Source: Armatimonadia bacterium
Lineage (GTDB): Bacteria; Armatimonadota; Zipacnadia; Zipacnadales; UBA11051
Reading direction: 5' to 3'
Assembly (NCBI GenBank): GCA_039683575.1
Contig: JBDKRC010000021.1
Span: forward strand, 1 to 51,274
Length of the DNA stretch: 51,274 nucleotides
A model generated the notes under the pieces. The model was not told the origin of the DNA. It searched no databases and worked only from the letters and a program-made list of their open reading frames with translations. Positions 10,234-18,846 of this stretch are shown here, in pieces (the first letter of the stretch is position 1; the number at the start of each line of letters is the position of its first letter). Made by a program: the position numbers and the translations under genes.

Positions 10234-11430
10234 CTACTGGCCGAGTTCCTGCTTGAGCTTGCGGGTCAGCGCCGGCACGACCTCGAACAGGTCGCCGACG
10301 ATCCCGTAGTGTGCCACCCCAAAGATCGGGGCGTCGGGGTCGCTATTGATGGCAACGATACAGTCGGAGGAGCCCATGCCCGCCAGATGCTGGACCGCGC
10401 CGGAGATGCCGCACGCGATGTACAGCTTGGGCTGAACCGTCTTGCCCGTCTGACCGACTTGGTGGTAGGCGGGGATCCAGCCAGCATCAACGGTGGCGCG
10501 GGAGGCGCCGACAGCCGCGCCGATGACTTCGGCGAGCTCGCGAATGAGGGCAAAGTTCTCGGCCTTGCGCAGGCCGCGGCCGCCGGAGACGATGATCTCG
10601 GCGTCCTGCACGTCAATTGCGTCCGTGCCCTCTTCCTTGATGATCTCGATGATCTTGGTAGCGATGGACTTCTCGTTGAGATTGACCGTCTCGCGGATGA
10701 TTTCGGCGGTGCGGGAGGCGTCAGGCTGCGCCTTCTTCATCACGCGGGGGCGCACCGTGGACATCTGCGGCCGGGCGTTGCGGCACTGGATGGTGGCCAT
10801 GACGTTGCCGCCGAAGGCCGGGCGCGTCTGCTGCAAGAGCCGCGTCTCGGGATCGATGGCGAGGCCGGTGCAGTCGGCAGTAAGGCCGGCGCCGATGCGA
10901 GCCGCGATACGGGAAGCCAGGTCGCGCCCCATGGTGGTCGCGCCGATGAGCACGATCTCCGGCTTGTGCTTGTTGATGAGGCCGCAGATGACGCTGGTGA
11001 ACGGGTCGGTCCGGTACTGCGCGAGCGTCTCATGCTCGACGAGGTAGACCTTGTCCGCGCCATACTGCGCCGCGATCTGCGCCAGGCCCTCAACGTTCTG
11101 ACCGGCGAGGACCAGCGAGACTTCGGTGACGAGTTCGTCCGCGAGCTTCCGGCCTTCGCTGAGCAGCTCAAGCGTAACGTCCGCAAGCTTGCCATCATGC
11201 GTCTCGGCCAGCACCCACACGCCCGAATAGAGGCTCGTGTCTACCTCTTCCTTGCGCTGCACTTCGAGGACGATCGCACCGAACTTGCAGCTTCCAACGC
11301 AGGCGCCGCAGCTAGTGCAGTCATCGGTGAAACGGGCCTTGCCGTCAACAACCTCAACCGCGCCGTAAGGGCAAGCGCTCACGCAGAGCTTACAGCCCGT
11401 GCATTTGTCAATGTCTATGTAGATGCCCAT
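10234..11430 (-). CDS. etfA: Electron transfer flavoprotein alpha subunit with N-terminal 2x[4Fe-4S] ferredoxin domain
   Basis: [12 protein letters not shown] and [11 protein letters not shown] motifs, then [39 protein letters not shown] at 11430 with GGAGG RBS. Confidence 0.95.
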   Translation of the reverse strand: MGIYIDIDKCTGCKLCVSACPYGAVEVVDGKARFTDDCTSCGACVGSCKFGAIVLEVQRKEEVDTSLYSGVWVLAETHDGKLADVTLELLSEGRKLADELVTEVSLVLAGQNVEGLAQIAAQYGADKVYLVEHETLAQYRTDPFTSVICGLINKHKPEIVLIGATTMGRDLASRIAARIGAGLTADCTGLAIDPETRLLQQTRPAFGGNVMATIQCRNARPQMSTVRPRVMKKAQPDASRTAEIIRETVNLNEKSIATKIIEIIKEEGTDAIDVQDAEIIVSGGRGLRKAENFALIRELAEVIGAAVGASRATVDAGWIPAYHQVGQTGKTVQPKLYIACGISGAVQHLAGMGSSDCIVAINSDPDAPIFGVAHYGIVGDLFEVVPALTRKLKQELGQ

Positions 11431-11505
11431 TGCGTCAGACGACCTCCAGGCGAACAATCAAACGGTGTATGGAGGGGCCGAGCTTCAGCCGGCCCAGCCC
11501 GGCAG

Positions 11506-12288
11506 CTAGATAACCTGCTTCTCGCGCAGCTTGCCTACGAGCTGCTCGACGACCTCGGCGGCCTCGCCCTCGAGGCGCTCGCCCTGCGAGTGCCGCTGCG
11601 GCGCGAAAACGCGCACAACATTGGTCGGCGACCCATTGAGCCCGCAGCGCCCGGTGTCCGCGCCGATGTCCTCGGCGGTCCACGACGGGATTTCCTTCTT
11701 GCGGGCCTTCATGACGTTCTTGAGGCTGCCGTGCCGCGGCTCGTTCATCTGCTTGACCACGGTGATCAGACACGGTAGACGCGTCTCAACGATCTCAAAG
11801 CGGTCGGACAGCAGCCGCTTGACCTTCGCCTTCTTGCCCTCGACTTCGAGGTCGATAGCGTAGGTGACCTGCGGGATGCCGAGATGCTCGGCCAGACCAG
11901 GGCCAACCTGCGCCGTGTCGCCGTCGAAGGCCTGCTTGCCGCAGATGATGAGGTCATAGTCGGCGATCTTCTTGACCGTCTGTGACAGCGTGTAGGAAGT
12001 GGCGAGGGTGTCGCTGCCGGCGAAGGCACGGTCGCAGACGAGAATGGCCTCGTCAGCGCCCATGGCCAGAGCGTCGCGCAACGCCTGTTCGGCCTGCGGC
12101 GGGCCCATCGTGATGACAGTGACCTTGCCGCCGTGCTTCTCGACAAGCTGCAGCGCGCATTCGATCGCGTTCTCATCGAAAGGATTGATGATGCTCGGTA
12201 CGCCCTCACGCACCAGCGTGTTGGTTACCGGATCAATCTTCACTTCCGTGGTATCCGGGACTTGTTTGATGGAAACGATGATATTCAT
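11506..12288 (-). CDS. etfB: Electron transfer flavoprotein beta subunit (bifurcating-type motif)
   Basis: MNIIVSIKQVPDT, INPFDENAIE, DRAFAGSDTLATS, CGKQAFDGDTAQVGP, GLNGSPT. Confidence 0.95.
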   Translation of the reverse strand: MNIIVSIKQVPDTTEVKIDPVTNTLVREGVPSIINPFDENAIECALQLVEKHGGKVTVITMGPPQAEQALRDALAMGADEAILVCDRAFAGSDTLATSYTLSQTVKKIADYDLIICGKQAFDGDTAQVGPGLAEHLGIPQVTYAIDLEVEGKKAKVKRLLSDRFEIVETRLPCLITVVKQMNEPRHGSLKNVMKARKKEIPSWTAEDIGADTGRCGLNGSPTNVVRVFAPQRHSQGERLEGEAAEVVEQLVGKLREKQVI

Positions 12289-12404
12289 ATAGTCAGGTTC
12301 CAAAGGTCAGGTTTCGGGTCTCAGGTCTCAGGCTGTGCCCGATGCCAGGCGGCCGCCTGACGAAGACGTGGGGAGGAGCTACCGCCCCTCCCCACGAGGT
12401 GTTA

Positions 12405-13562
12405 CTACTGCTTGGTGATGGCTTCCTTGAGGAGCTCGATCGCGATAACGTTGCGCTGGATCTCAGAGGTGCCCTCAACGAGCTCGAACAGCTTGCTCTC
12501 GCGCAGGTACCGCTGGACGGCGTGGTCGCAGATGTAGCCGTGGCCGCCGTGCATGTTGACCGCGCGGTTGCAGACGCGGGCGCAGACCTCGGAGGTGTAG
12601 ACCTTGGCCATGGCCGCGATCTTGCTCAACTCGGAGTTGCCCGTATCCTTGCACCAGGCCGCCTTGCGGGCGAGCAGCCGGCCGGCCTCAATCTCCATCG
12701 CCATGTCGGCGATCTGGTGCTGAATGGCCTGGAACTGGCTGATCTTCTGGCCGAACTGCTCCCGGATCAGCGCGTACTTCACGCCATCGTCATACGCCTT
12801 CTGTGCCAGACCGACAGCGCCGATGGCCATGCCGATGCGGCCGATGTCGAGCAGGTCCATGGCCACGCGGAAGCCGCGGCCTTCCTTGCCCAGCACGTTC
12901 TCAACCGGAACTTCAGCGTCCTGGAAGATGAGCTCGGTGTTCGGCACGCTGGGGAAGCCCATCTTGTGCTCGTTCTTGCCGATCTCAAAGCCCGGCATGC
13001 CCTTCTCGACGATGAACGCCGTCAGGCCGCGCATGCCTTTGGTCGGGTTGGCGTTGGCGATGACCACGTAGGTCTCCGCCGCGCCGCCGTTGGTGATGAA
13101 GATCTTGGTGCCGTTGAGGATGTACTTGTCGCCGACCAGCTTCGCCTTGGTCTTGACGGAACCCGCATCGGAGCCTACATCGGGCTCGGTGAGGCCCATC
13201 GCGCCGATCTTCTTACCGGAAGCGAGGTCGGTCAGGTACTTCTCTTTCTGCGCGTCGGTGCCGAAGGAGAGAATCGGGTACATGCAAAGCATGTGAGCGG
13301 CGAAGACGGCGCCGCTGGTGGTGCAGGCGTGGGCGAGCTTCTCGCCAACGACGGCCCAGTCTACCCAGCTCATGCCCATGCCGCCATACTGCTCGGGGAC
13401 CGGCACTCCGAAGAGGTCCATGTCCGCCATCTTCTTTACATTGTCCCAGGGGAACGTAGCGGCTGCGTCCGTTGCCTCGGCCTTGGGGGCCAGGACGTCG
13501 TCACAGAATTCCTGTACGGCGTCGAGAATCTCCTGTTGTTCTTCGGGGAATCCAAAGTCCAT
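12405..13562 (-). CDS. Acyl-CoA dehydrogenase family flavoprotein (butyryl-CoA dehydrogenase-like); candidate enoyl-thioester reductase
   Basis: GLTEPDVGSD, LNGTKIFITNG, EHKMG, GRIG, REQFG, HGGHGY, catalytic Glu in ELVEGTSEIQR. Confidence 0.93.
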   Translation of the reverse strand: MDFGFPEEQQEILDAVQEFCDDVLAPKAEATDAAATFPWDNVKKMADMDLFGVPVPEQYGGMGMSWVDWAVVGEKLAHACTTSGAVFAAHMLCMYPILSFGTDAQKEKYLTDLASGKKIGAMGLTEPDVGSDAGSVKTKAKLVGDKYILNGTKIFITNGGAAETYVVIANANPTKGMRGLTAFIVEKGMPGFEIGKNEHKMGFPSVPNTELIFQDAEVPVENVLGKEGRGFRVAMDLLDIGRIGMAIGAVGLAQKAYDDGVKYALIREQFGQKISQFQAIQHQIADMAMEIEAGRLLARKAAWCKDTGNSELSKIAAMAKVYTSEVCARVCNRAVNMHGGHGYICDHAVQRYLRESKLFELVEGTSEIQRNVIAIELLKEAITKQ

Positions 13563-13673
13563 CTAAGGCCTCCTGAATGTCGCACTAGCGCCGCCAGTTC
13601 CGCGGATTATCGTTTCGCCTTAAGCAAAGCACGATGGTCGGCCGGTCCTGCGCCTCTCACCGGGCATGAGGTA

Positions 13674-14666
13674 TTACTTCGTCCACTCCAGCAAGCCGCC
13701 GGCCAGCGAGAAACCCGCTCCGAATGAGACCAGCAACAAGTTGTCGCCGGTCTTGAGCTTGCCTTCCTTGTACAGATCGTCCATTGCCAGGGGAATTGTA
13801 GACGCCGAGGTATTGCCGTACCGCTCAACGTCGCAGTACACGCGTTCTTCGGGGATGTCCAGTCGCTTGGCCGCAGCCTCGAGGATCCTCCGATTGGCCT
13901 GATGGAAGACGCCCCAGTCAATGTCGTCGTGCGTGAGTCCCGCCTTCTTCATCACGGCTTCAGCGACCTCGGGACACCCGCGAACCGCGAGCTTGAAGAC
14001 CTCGTGGCCCTCCATCTTCATCGTGTTGCTCTTCTCGCGGAGCACCTGCTCGTCGCAGGGATACCGGCTGCCCCCCTTCGGGATCGAGAGGTACTGCCAG
14101 TTGCTGCCGTCCGACCACAACTCGAAGGCTTTGAGCCCCTTACCGGGCTCTCCGGGGCCCACAACGACAGCTCCGGCCCCGTCACCAAACAGCACGCATG
14201 TCGCCCTGTCTTCCCAGTCAACGATCCGCGAAAGCGTCTCCGCCGCGATGACCAGAACGTGATCTGCCATGCCGCTGGTGACATACGCCGTCGCCGTCGC
14301 CAGCGCATAGATAAAGCCGGTGCACCCGAGGTTCAGATCGAAGGCACCCGCGTTGGTAGCCTCGAGCTGGCCCTGTACGAGGGAGGAAACAGAGGGGAAC
14401 GGCATATCAGGCGTAACAGTGGCGACGATAATGAGGTCAAGGTCGGTGACGGCAATACCGGCATCGGCCACCGCCGCGCGCCCAGCCGCCAGCGCCAGGT
14501 CGGAAGTTGCCTGATCCGGAGCGATGATATGCCGCTCTTTCATACCGGTATGACTATAGATCCACTCATCGGTGGTGTCGACGATCTTCTCGAGATCGGC
14601 ATTGGTCAGTATCCGCTCGGGAACATATGATCCCAACCCGATAAGCTGCGCGCCTCGTAACTCCAT
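13674..14666 (-). CDS. fabH: 3-oxoacyl-ACP synthase III
   Basis: Catalytic triad motifs LGCTGF, FHQAN, YGNTSAS; FGDGAGA. Confidence 0.96.
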   Translation of the reverse strand: MELRGAQLIGLGSYVPERILTNADLEKIVDTTDEWIYSHTGMKERHIIAPDQATSDLALAAGRAAVADAGIAVTDLDLIIVATVTPDMPFPSVSSLVQGQLEATNAGAFDLNLGCTGFIYALATATAYVTSGMADHVLVIAAETLSRIVDWEDRATCVLFGDGAGAVVVGPGEPGKGLKAFELWSDGSNWQYLSIPKGGSRYPCDEQVLREKSNTMKMEGHEVFKLAVRGCPEVAEAVMKKAGLTHDDIDWGVFHQANRRILEAAAKRLDIPEERVYCDVERYGNTSASTIPLAMDDLYKEGKLKTGDNLLLVSFGAGFSLAGGLLEWTK

Positions 14667-14790
14667 ACAAGCCACCTGGGGTGAAACCCGAGCTGTGCAT
14701 CCACCTCACTTTCCACTACGACACAACCCCGGTGAGTCCGCTAATGGCATGCCCGCCGGACTGGCTGCATGCCTCCCTGACGAAAAAAGA

Positions 14791-15810
14791 CTACTGCGAC
14801 GCGGCCATCGACTGCTTCGTCGCGTACTGCTCAAACGACTGCGCCATATGCGTCTGTACCTGGCTCTTCACGCCTGTCGCTGCCACCACGATCGCCTTGG
14901 CAATGGCCCGGGCGTCAGATTTGCCGTGGGAGATGATACAGACTCCGTTCACGCCCAAAAGCAGCGCGCCCCCATACTCCGCGTAGTCGTACTTGGCCCC
15001 CATCTGTCGCAGCGCCGGAGCCAGGAAAAACGCCCCCAGCTTCCCCCACACGCTGCCCTTGATGGCGGCTTTGAGGTCGTGCATGAAACCACTGCCGACC
15101 CCTTCACAGACCTTCAGGACCACATTGCCGACAAATCCATCGCACACGGTCACATCGACCGCGCCCTCCACTATCTGCTCGCCCTCGATGTTGCCGATGA
15201 AGTTGAGCGGTGCCCGCTCCAGCAGTGGAAAGGCCGCCTGGGTAAGGTCATTACCCTTGCTGCGTTCAGTGCCAATGCTCAGAAGCCCTACGCGGGGGTT
15301 AACGACGCCCAGCACGTGCTCGCAAAACACGCTTCCCATCAGGCCGAACTCAACGAGATGCTCAGGCTTGCACTCAACGTTGGCGCCTGCATCCAAAACG
15401 ATGCGCTTGCCGATATCGGTGGGCAACGTAATGGCGATTGCCGGACGCTGCACGCCAGGGAGCGTCCGAAGCCGCATTGTAGCCGCAGCCATCATGGCCC
15501 CGCTGTTGCCCGCAGAAACTGCGGCGTCGGCGGCGCCGTCGCGCACCAGATCAACGGAAACCGTTACCGAAGACCCCGCCTTCTGGCGCAGAGCCAACAG
15601 CGGGCTCTCCCCCATCTCGACAACATCTTCGGCATGATGTATGAGCAGGTTGGATGGGCGCGCGCCGAGCTTGGCCAGTTCGGCCTCAATCACCGGCTGC
15701 CGGCCCACCAGGATGATTTCTCCGTCCACCTGTGAGGCGGCTAACACGGCTCCAGCTACGACCGCGCCGGGGGCATGGTCACCGCCCATTGCATCCACGG
15801 CTATCTTCAT
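14791..15810 (-). CDS. plsX: Phosphate acyltransferase PlsX
   Basis: MKIAVDAMGGDHAP, SAGNSGA, DAGAN, CDGFVGN, GGALLLGV. Confidence 0.97.
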   Translation of the reverse strand: MKIAVDAMGGDHAPGAVVAGAVLAASQVDGEIILVGRQPVIEAELAKLGARPSNLLIHHAEDVVEMGESPLLALRQKAGSSVTVSVDLVRDGAADAAVSAGNSGAMMAAATMRLRTLPGVQRPAIAITLPTDIGKRIVLDAGANVECKPEHLVEFGLMGSVFCEHVLGVVNPRVGLLSIGTERSKGNDLTQAAFPLLERAPLNFIGNIEGEQIVEGAVDVTVCDGFVGNVVLKVCEGVGSGFMHDLKAAIKGSVWGKLGAFFLAPALRQMGAKYDYAEYGGALLLGVNGVCIISHGKSDARAIAKAIVVAATGVKSQVQTHMAQSFEQYATKQSMAASQ

Positions 15811-15946
15811 TGATTCACCTGAAACTACCTTAGGGCAGGTCGCCCGGTCGGCAAGCACGTACGGAGGCCTGAAGCAAGTTTGCGCCACGGGCCGAAGCAT
15901 CCGCGGCAGTCAATCATTGCTCACGACAGATCAATCGGGGCGGGAG

Positions 15947-16147
15947 TTACGACTTTTCCTGCTCTTTGGTCTTGATCGTGTGGTCGACCTGCTGACCCTT
16001 GTAGTAACCGCACTTGCTGCAAGCATTGTGGGGCTTAACGGGCGCGTGGCAGTGGGAGCATTCCGTCACGGCAGGGGCCGTCAAAGCATCGTGAGTCCGG
16101 CGCTTGTCTCGCCTCGTCGGCGAGTGTCGCCTCTTCGGTAGCGGCAT
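15947..16147 (-). CDS. rpmF: 50S ribosomal protein L32 (zinc-binding type)
   Basis: MPLPKRRHSPTRRDKRRTH; CSHC...CSKCGYY; AAGGAG RBS. Confidence 0.96.
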   Translation of the reverse strand: MPLPKRRHSPTRRDKRRTHDALTAPAVTECSHCHAPVKPHNACSKCGYYKGQQVDHTIKTKEQEKS

Positions 16148-16194
16148 CTTACACTCTCCTTATCAAACGGCCGACAGCATCAATGCCGCCGCCA

Positions 16195-16704
16195 CTAGAG
16201 CTTCAAATTCTTCAGCGCCGCCCAGCGCGGGTCAGGCTCGGTCTCGCCGCAGTCGCACGGACCCTCGTTGAGGTCCTTGCCGCACCGCAGACACAGTCCG
16301 GGGCATTCTTCGCGACAAAGCGGGCGCAGGGGCAGGTTCATCGCAATGAGCTGGCGCACCAGTTCCGTCAGGTCCAGTTCATCGCCACTGAGGATAGGTA
16401 TCTGACACAGTTCGTCCTCGCTCTCGGCGTAGGCCTCTGGGTCATCAACCTGTCGGAGCGCACAGACTTCGTTGACGTCGATCTCCATCGTGTCTTCGAA
16501 GACGCCCAGGCAGCGTCCGCATTGCAGCTCCAGCGGTACCCACAGCGTGCCACGGACGGCGATTCCACTATCCGTGTTCGAGAGCTTCAACGACCCTCGC
16601 ACCGGACCGGCGGCCACCGCCCCTGTTGCCGGAGGCGCCTCCGCCTCCAATTCCACCGTCATCTGCCCCGCGTGCTGCCGCAGCGGGCCAAGCTGGTAAC
16701 GCAT
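16195..16704 (-). CDS. yceD: DUF177/YceD family protein
   Basis: CGRCL; PLCREECPGLCLRCGKDLNEGPCDC; DPRWAAL; canonical position upstream of rpmF. Confidence 0.92.
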   Translation of the reverse strand: MRYQLGPLRQHAGQMTVELEAEAPPATGAVAAGPVRGSLKLSNTDSGIAVRGTLWVPLELQCGRCLGVFEDTMEIDVNEVCALRQVDDPEAYAESEDELCQIPILSGDELDLTELVRQLIAMNLPLRPLCREECPGLCLRCGKDLNEGPCDCGETEPDPRWAALKNLKL

Positions 16705-16756
16705 AATGCGAAACGCGGCCTCATGAGCCGCGATGTCTACTCCCCTTTGTCGGTTG

Positions 16757-16786
16757 AGTATACTCCACCTGCGGAATCATTGTCAA
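16757..16786 (-). promoter_or_regulatory. Sigma70-type promoter of the yceD-rpmF-fab operon
   Basis: Minus strand TTGACA (16786-16781), 18-nt spacer, TATACT (16762-16757). Confidence 0.75.
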
Positions 16787-16801
16787 GATAACCACAAGCC
16801 G

Positions 16802-17668
16802 TCAAGCACCCTCTGCAAGTCTCCTGAGAAACTCGTGATTATCCCCGTGTCCCGTCCTCAGAGCCACTATTCGGCCCTCTACAGGCCGTCCGCACACATA
16901 CAGGTCGCCTAACAGGTCCAGCAGCTTGTGCCGTGCCAGCGCCTGCGGCAGTGTCGGCTGCTCCGACATCCGGTCATCATACACGATCAGGCAAAGCGCC
17001 TCCACCTCCGGCCCCGGTTCCATCCCCCGAGTGCTGCGTATTTGCTCCGCAGTAGCCCAGGTCCGCGCCGGCGCAACCTCTGCCCCGAAATCATCCCCAG
17101 CCCCAAACTCCGCCCATTGCCGCCCAATCACGGGATGCGGATGCTCAAGCACATAGGTGAAGACGGAAGAGGATCCTGTGGAGGATGATCCTGCGGGAGG
17201 GGTCTCTGATCCCGGCTGTTCCAGAGGCAACCCTATCAGTGCCTGCCCTTCCTCCACCAGCCACACCGGCTCCGTCACTTCTATGGCCTCAATCGCCTCT
17301 GCCGAGCCCCTCCGCCCAGCTTCACCAACCGCCGCCCAGAGCCCTCTCCCGCTCCCATCATAGAGCGGTATCTCCGGCCCGTCGGTGCTGATCACCGCAT
17401 CCGTGACCTCCGCCGCCCACAGACACGCCAGCAGGTGCTCCATGAAGGCGACCTGCCCCGTCTCATCCCCGAACGCAGTGCAGTTGGTCGCCGGCACCAG
17501 GTACTCCAGCCCGACCGGCCACTCCTGCCCCGTATCTTCCCGCTTCACCCGCAGCCCCGCCCCCACTTCCGCCGGCAGGAGCCGCACCGTCACCGGCCGC
17601 AAGCACAGCGTCCCCACGGCCGGCGGGAGCGCTACAGCATGGTCGAAGGTACCGCGCCTATGCGTCAC
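16802..17668 (-). CDS. lpxC: UDP-3-O-acyl-N-acetylglucosamine deacetylase (divergent)
   Basis: MEHLLA, EIPLYDGS, APARTW, RHKLLDLLGDL (HKxxD Zn motif), GHGDN. GTG start at 17668 overlaps the upstream gene's stop. Confidence 0.85.
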   Translation of the reverse strand: MTHRRGTFDHAVALPPAVGTLCLRPVTVRLLPAEVGAGLRVKREDTGQEWPVGLEYLVPATNCTAFGDETGQVAFMEHLLACLWAAEVTDAVISTDGPEIPLYDGSGRGLWAAVGEAGRRGSAEAIEAIEVTEPVWLVEEGQALIGLPLEQPGSETPPAGSSSTGSSSVFTYVLEHPHPVIGRQWAEFGAGDDFGAEVAPARTWATAEQIRSTRGMEPGPEVEALCLIVYDDRMSEQPTLPQALARHKLLDLLGDLYVCGRPVEGRIVALRTGHGDNHEFLRRLAEGA

Positions 17669-18846
17669 AGCGCCTCCTCCAGGATCTCCATCAATGTCGC
17701 CAAGCTCGTATCGCCCGGCGTGCTCGCCAGCGCACCGGCCATATAGTCGCAGGCGCCCTGTGCCATCTCGGGGAGCTTCTCCGCCTCCACGCCCAGGTCG
17801 CTCAGGTGGATATCGAGGCTCACTTTTTGCAGCAGCGCCCCGATAGCCTCCTCCGCTTTCTCCGCGGCTTCCTCTGTCCCCCACTCCTCAGTCTCCTCCG
17901 CCAGTAGCCGCGTGATTGCGGCGAGCTTCTCCGGCATCCTATTCGCCATTCTCTTCGCCCACGGCCGCAGCATTGCCGCCAGCCCCGCCCCGTGCGCCAC
18001 GTGCGGATAGTGCGCGCTGACCGGGTGCTCGAGTCCATGCATGACCGTCGCCCCGCAGGACGCCAGCCCGTAACCCGCGAAGGTGTTGGCCAGCATCATC
18101 TGCTGCCTAGCCTCCACGTCATGCCCATTCGCCACCGCCCGCGGCAGGTACTTGCCAACCAGCCGGATCGCCTCCTGGCTCATCAGGTCCGTCACCGGCG
18201 TCGCGCAGTTATGGACGAAAGACTCCAGCGCATGGCACAGCACGTCCACACCCGTCGCCGCGGTCTGCCCCGCCGGCACAGTGTACGTCAATTCCGGGTC
18301 CTCAATCGCTACTTTGACCTGTATGTAGTCGCTCCGAATGGCGCTCTTTTGCTTCCGGTCCTCAATAGTCAGCACCGCAAACGGCGTCAACTCAGACGAC
18401 GTCCCCGCTGTCGAGGTCGCGCAGATGACCGGCAGCGTCCGCTCCGTCGGCGCCTGCTTCGGCGCCCCCTCCTCTTCCACCATGAACCGCCGGATCGGCA
18501 GGTCATGCGTCGCCCCGACGGCCATCGCCTTGGCCGCATCCATAACGCTGCCGCCCCCCAGCGCCACGACCACGTCGCACCCCGCCTCGCGTCCCACTGC
18601 CGCCCCACGGTCCACTATCTCGGTCGTCGGGTTGGAGGTCACGCCTCTGAACCACGTCACCGCCACGCCCTGCGCTTCCAGCATCTCCCGCGCCCGCTGC
18701 ACATGCCCCGATGCTTCGAGCGAACCGGTGCCGCTCACCAATAACGCCTTCTTGCCAAAGGCCGCCGTGACCTCACCGAGCTTACCAAACTTACCTTCTC
18801 CGAAAATCAGCCTTGTCGGCGCGCGAAACTCAAACTCCATTGTCAT
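17665..18846 (-). CDS. Iron-containing alcohol dehydrogenase
   Basis: ALGGGSVMDAAK, TAGTSSE, DVLCHALES, HGLEH, HGAGLA. Confidence 0.92.
   Translation of the reverse strand: MTMEFEFRAPTRLIFGEGKFGKLGEVTAAFGKKALLVSGTGSLEASGHVQRAREMLEAQGVAVTWFRGVTSNPTTEIVDRGAAVGREAGCDVVVALGGGSVMDAAKAMAVGATHDLPIRRFMVEEEGAPKQAPTERTLPVICATSTAGTSSELTPFAVLTIEDRKQKSAIRSDYIQVKVAIEDPELTYTVPAGQTAATGVDVLCHALESFVHNCATPVTDLMSQEAIRLVGKYLPRAVANGHDVEARQQMMLANTFAGYGLASCGATVMHGLEHPVSAHYPHVAHGAGLAAMLRPWAKRMANRMPEKLAAITRLLAEETEEWGTEEAAEKAEEAIGALLQKVSLDIHLSDLGVEAEKLPEMAQGACDYMAGALASTPGDTSLATLMEILEEAL

Noticed and set aside
12292-12397. Heptamer-like repeats (tcaggt..) and a hairpin between the ACAD gene and etfB as a terminator or mobile-element end
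   Set aside because: They are short and degenerate, with no U-tract on the coding strand, and insufficient to call an operon break.
10309-13727. Long plus-strand ORFs (10309-11778, 12342-13727) and similar antisense ORFs (14572-15735, 27904-29406, 36746-37927, 45431-46999)
   Set aside because: They are shadow ORFs opposite well-supported genes, as expected in high-GC DNA, and have no recognisable motifs.
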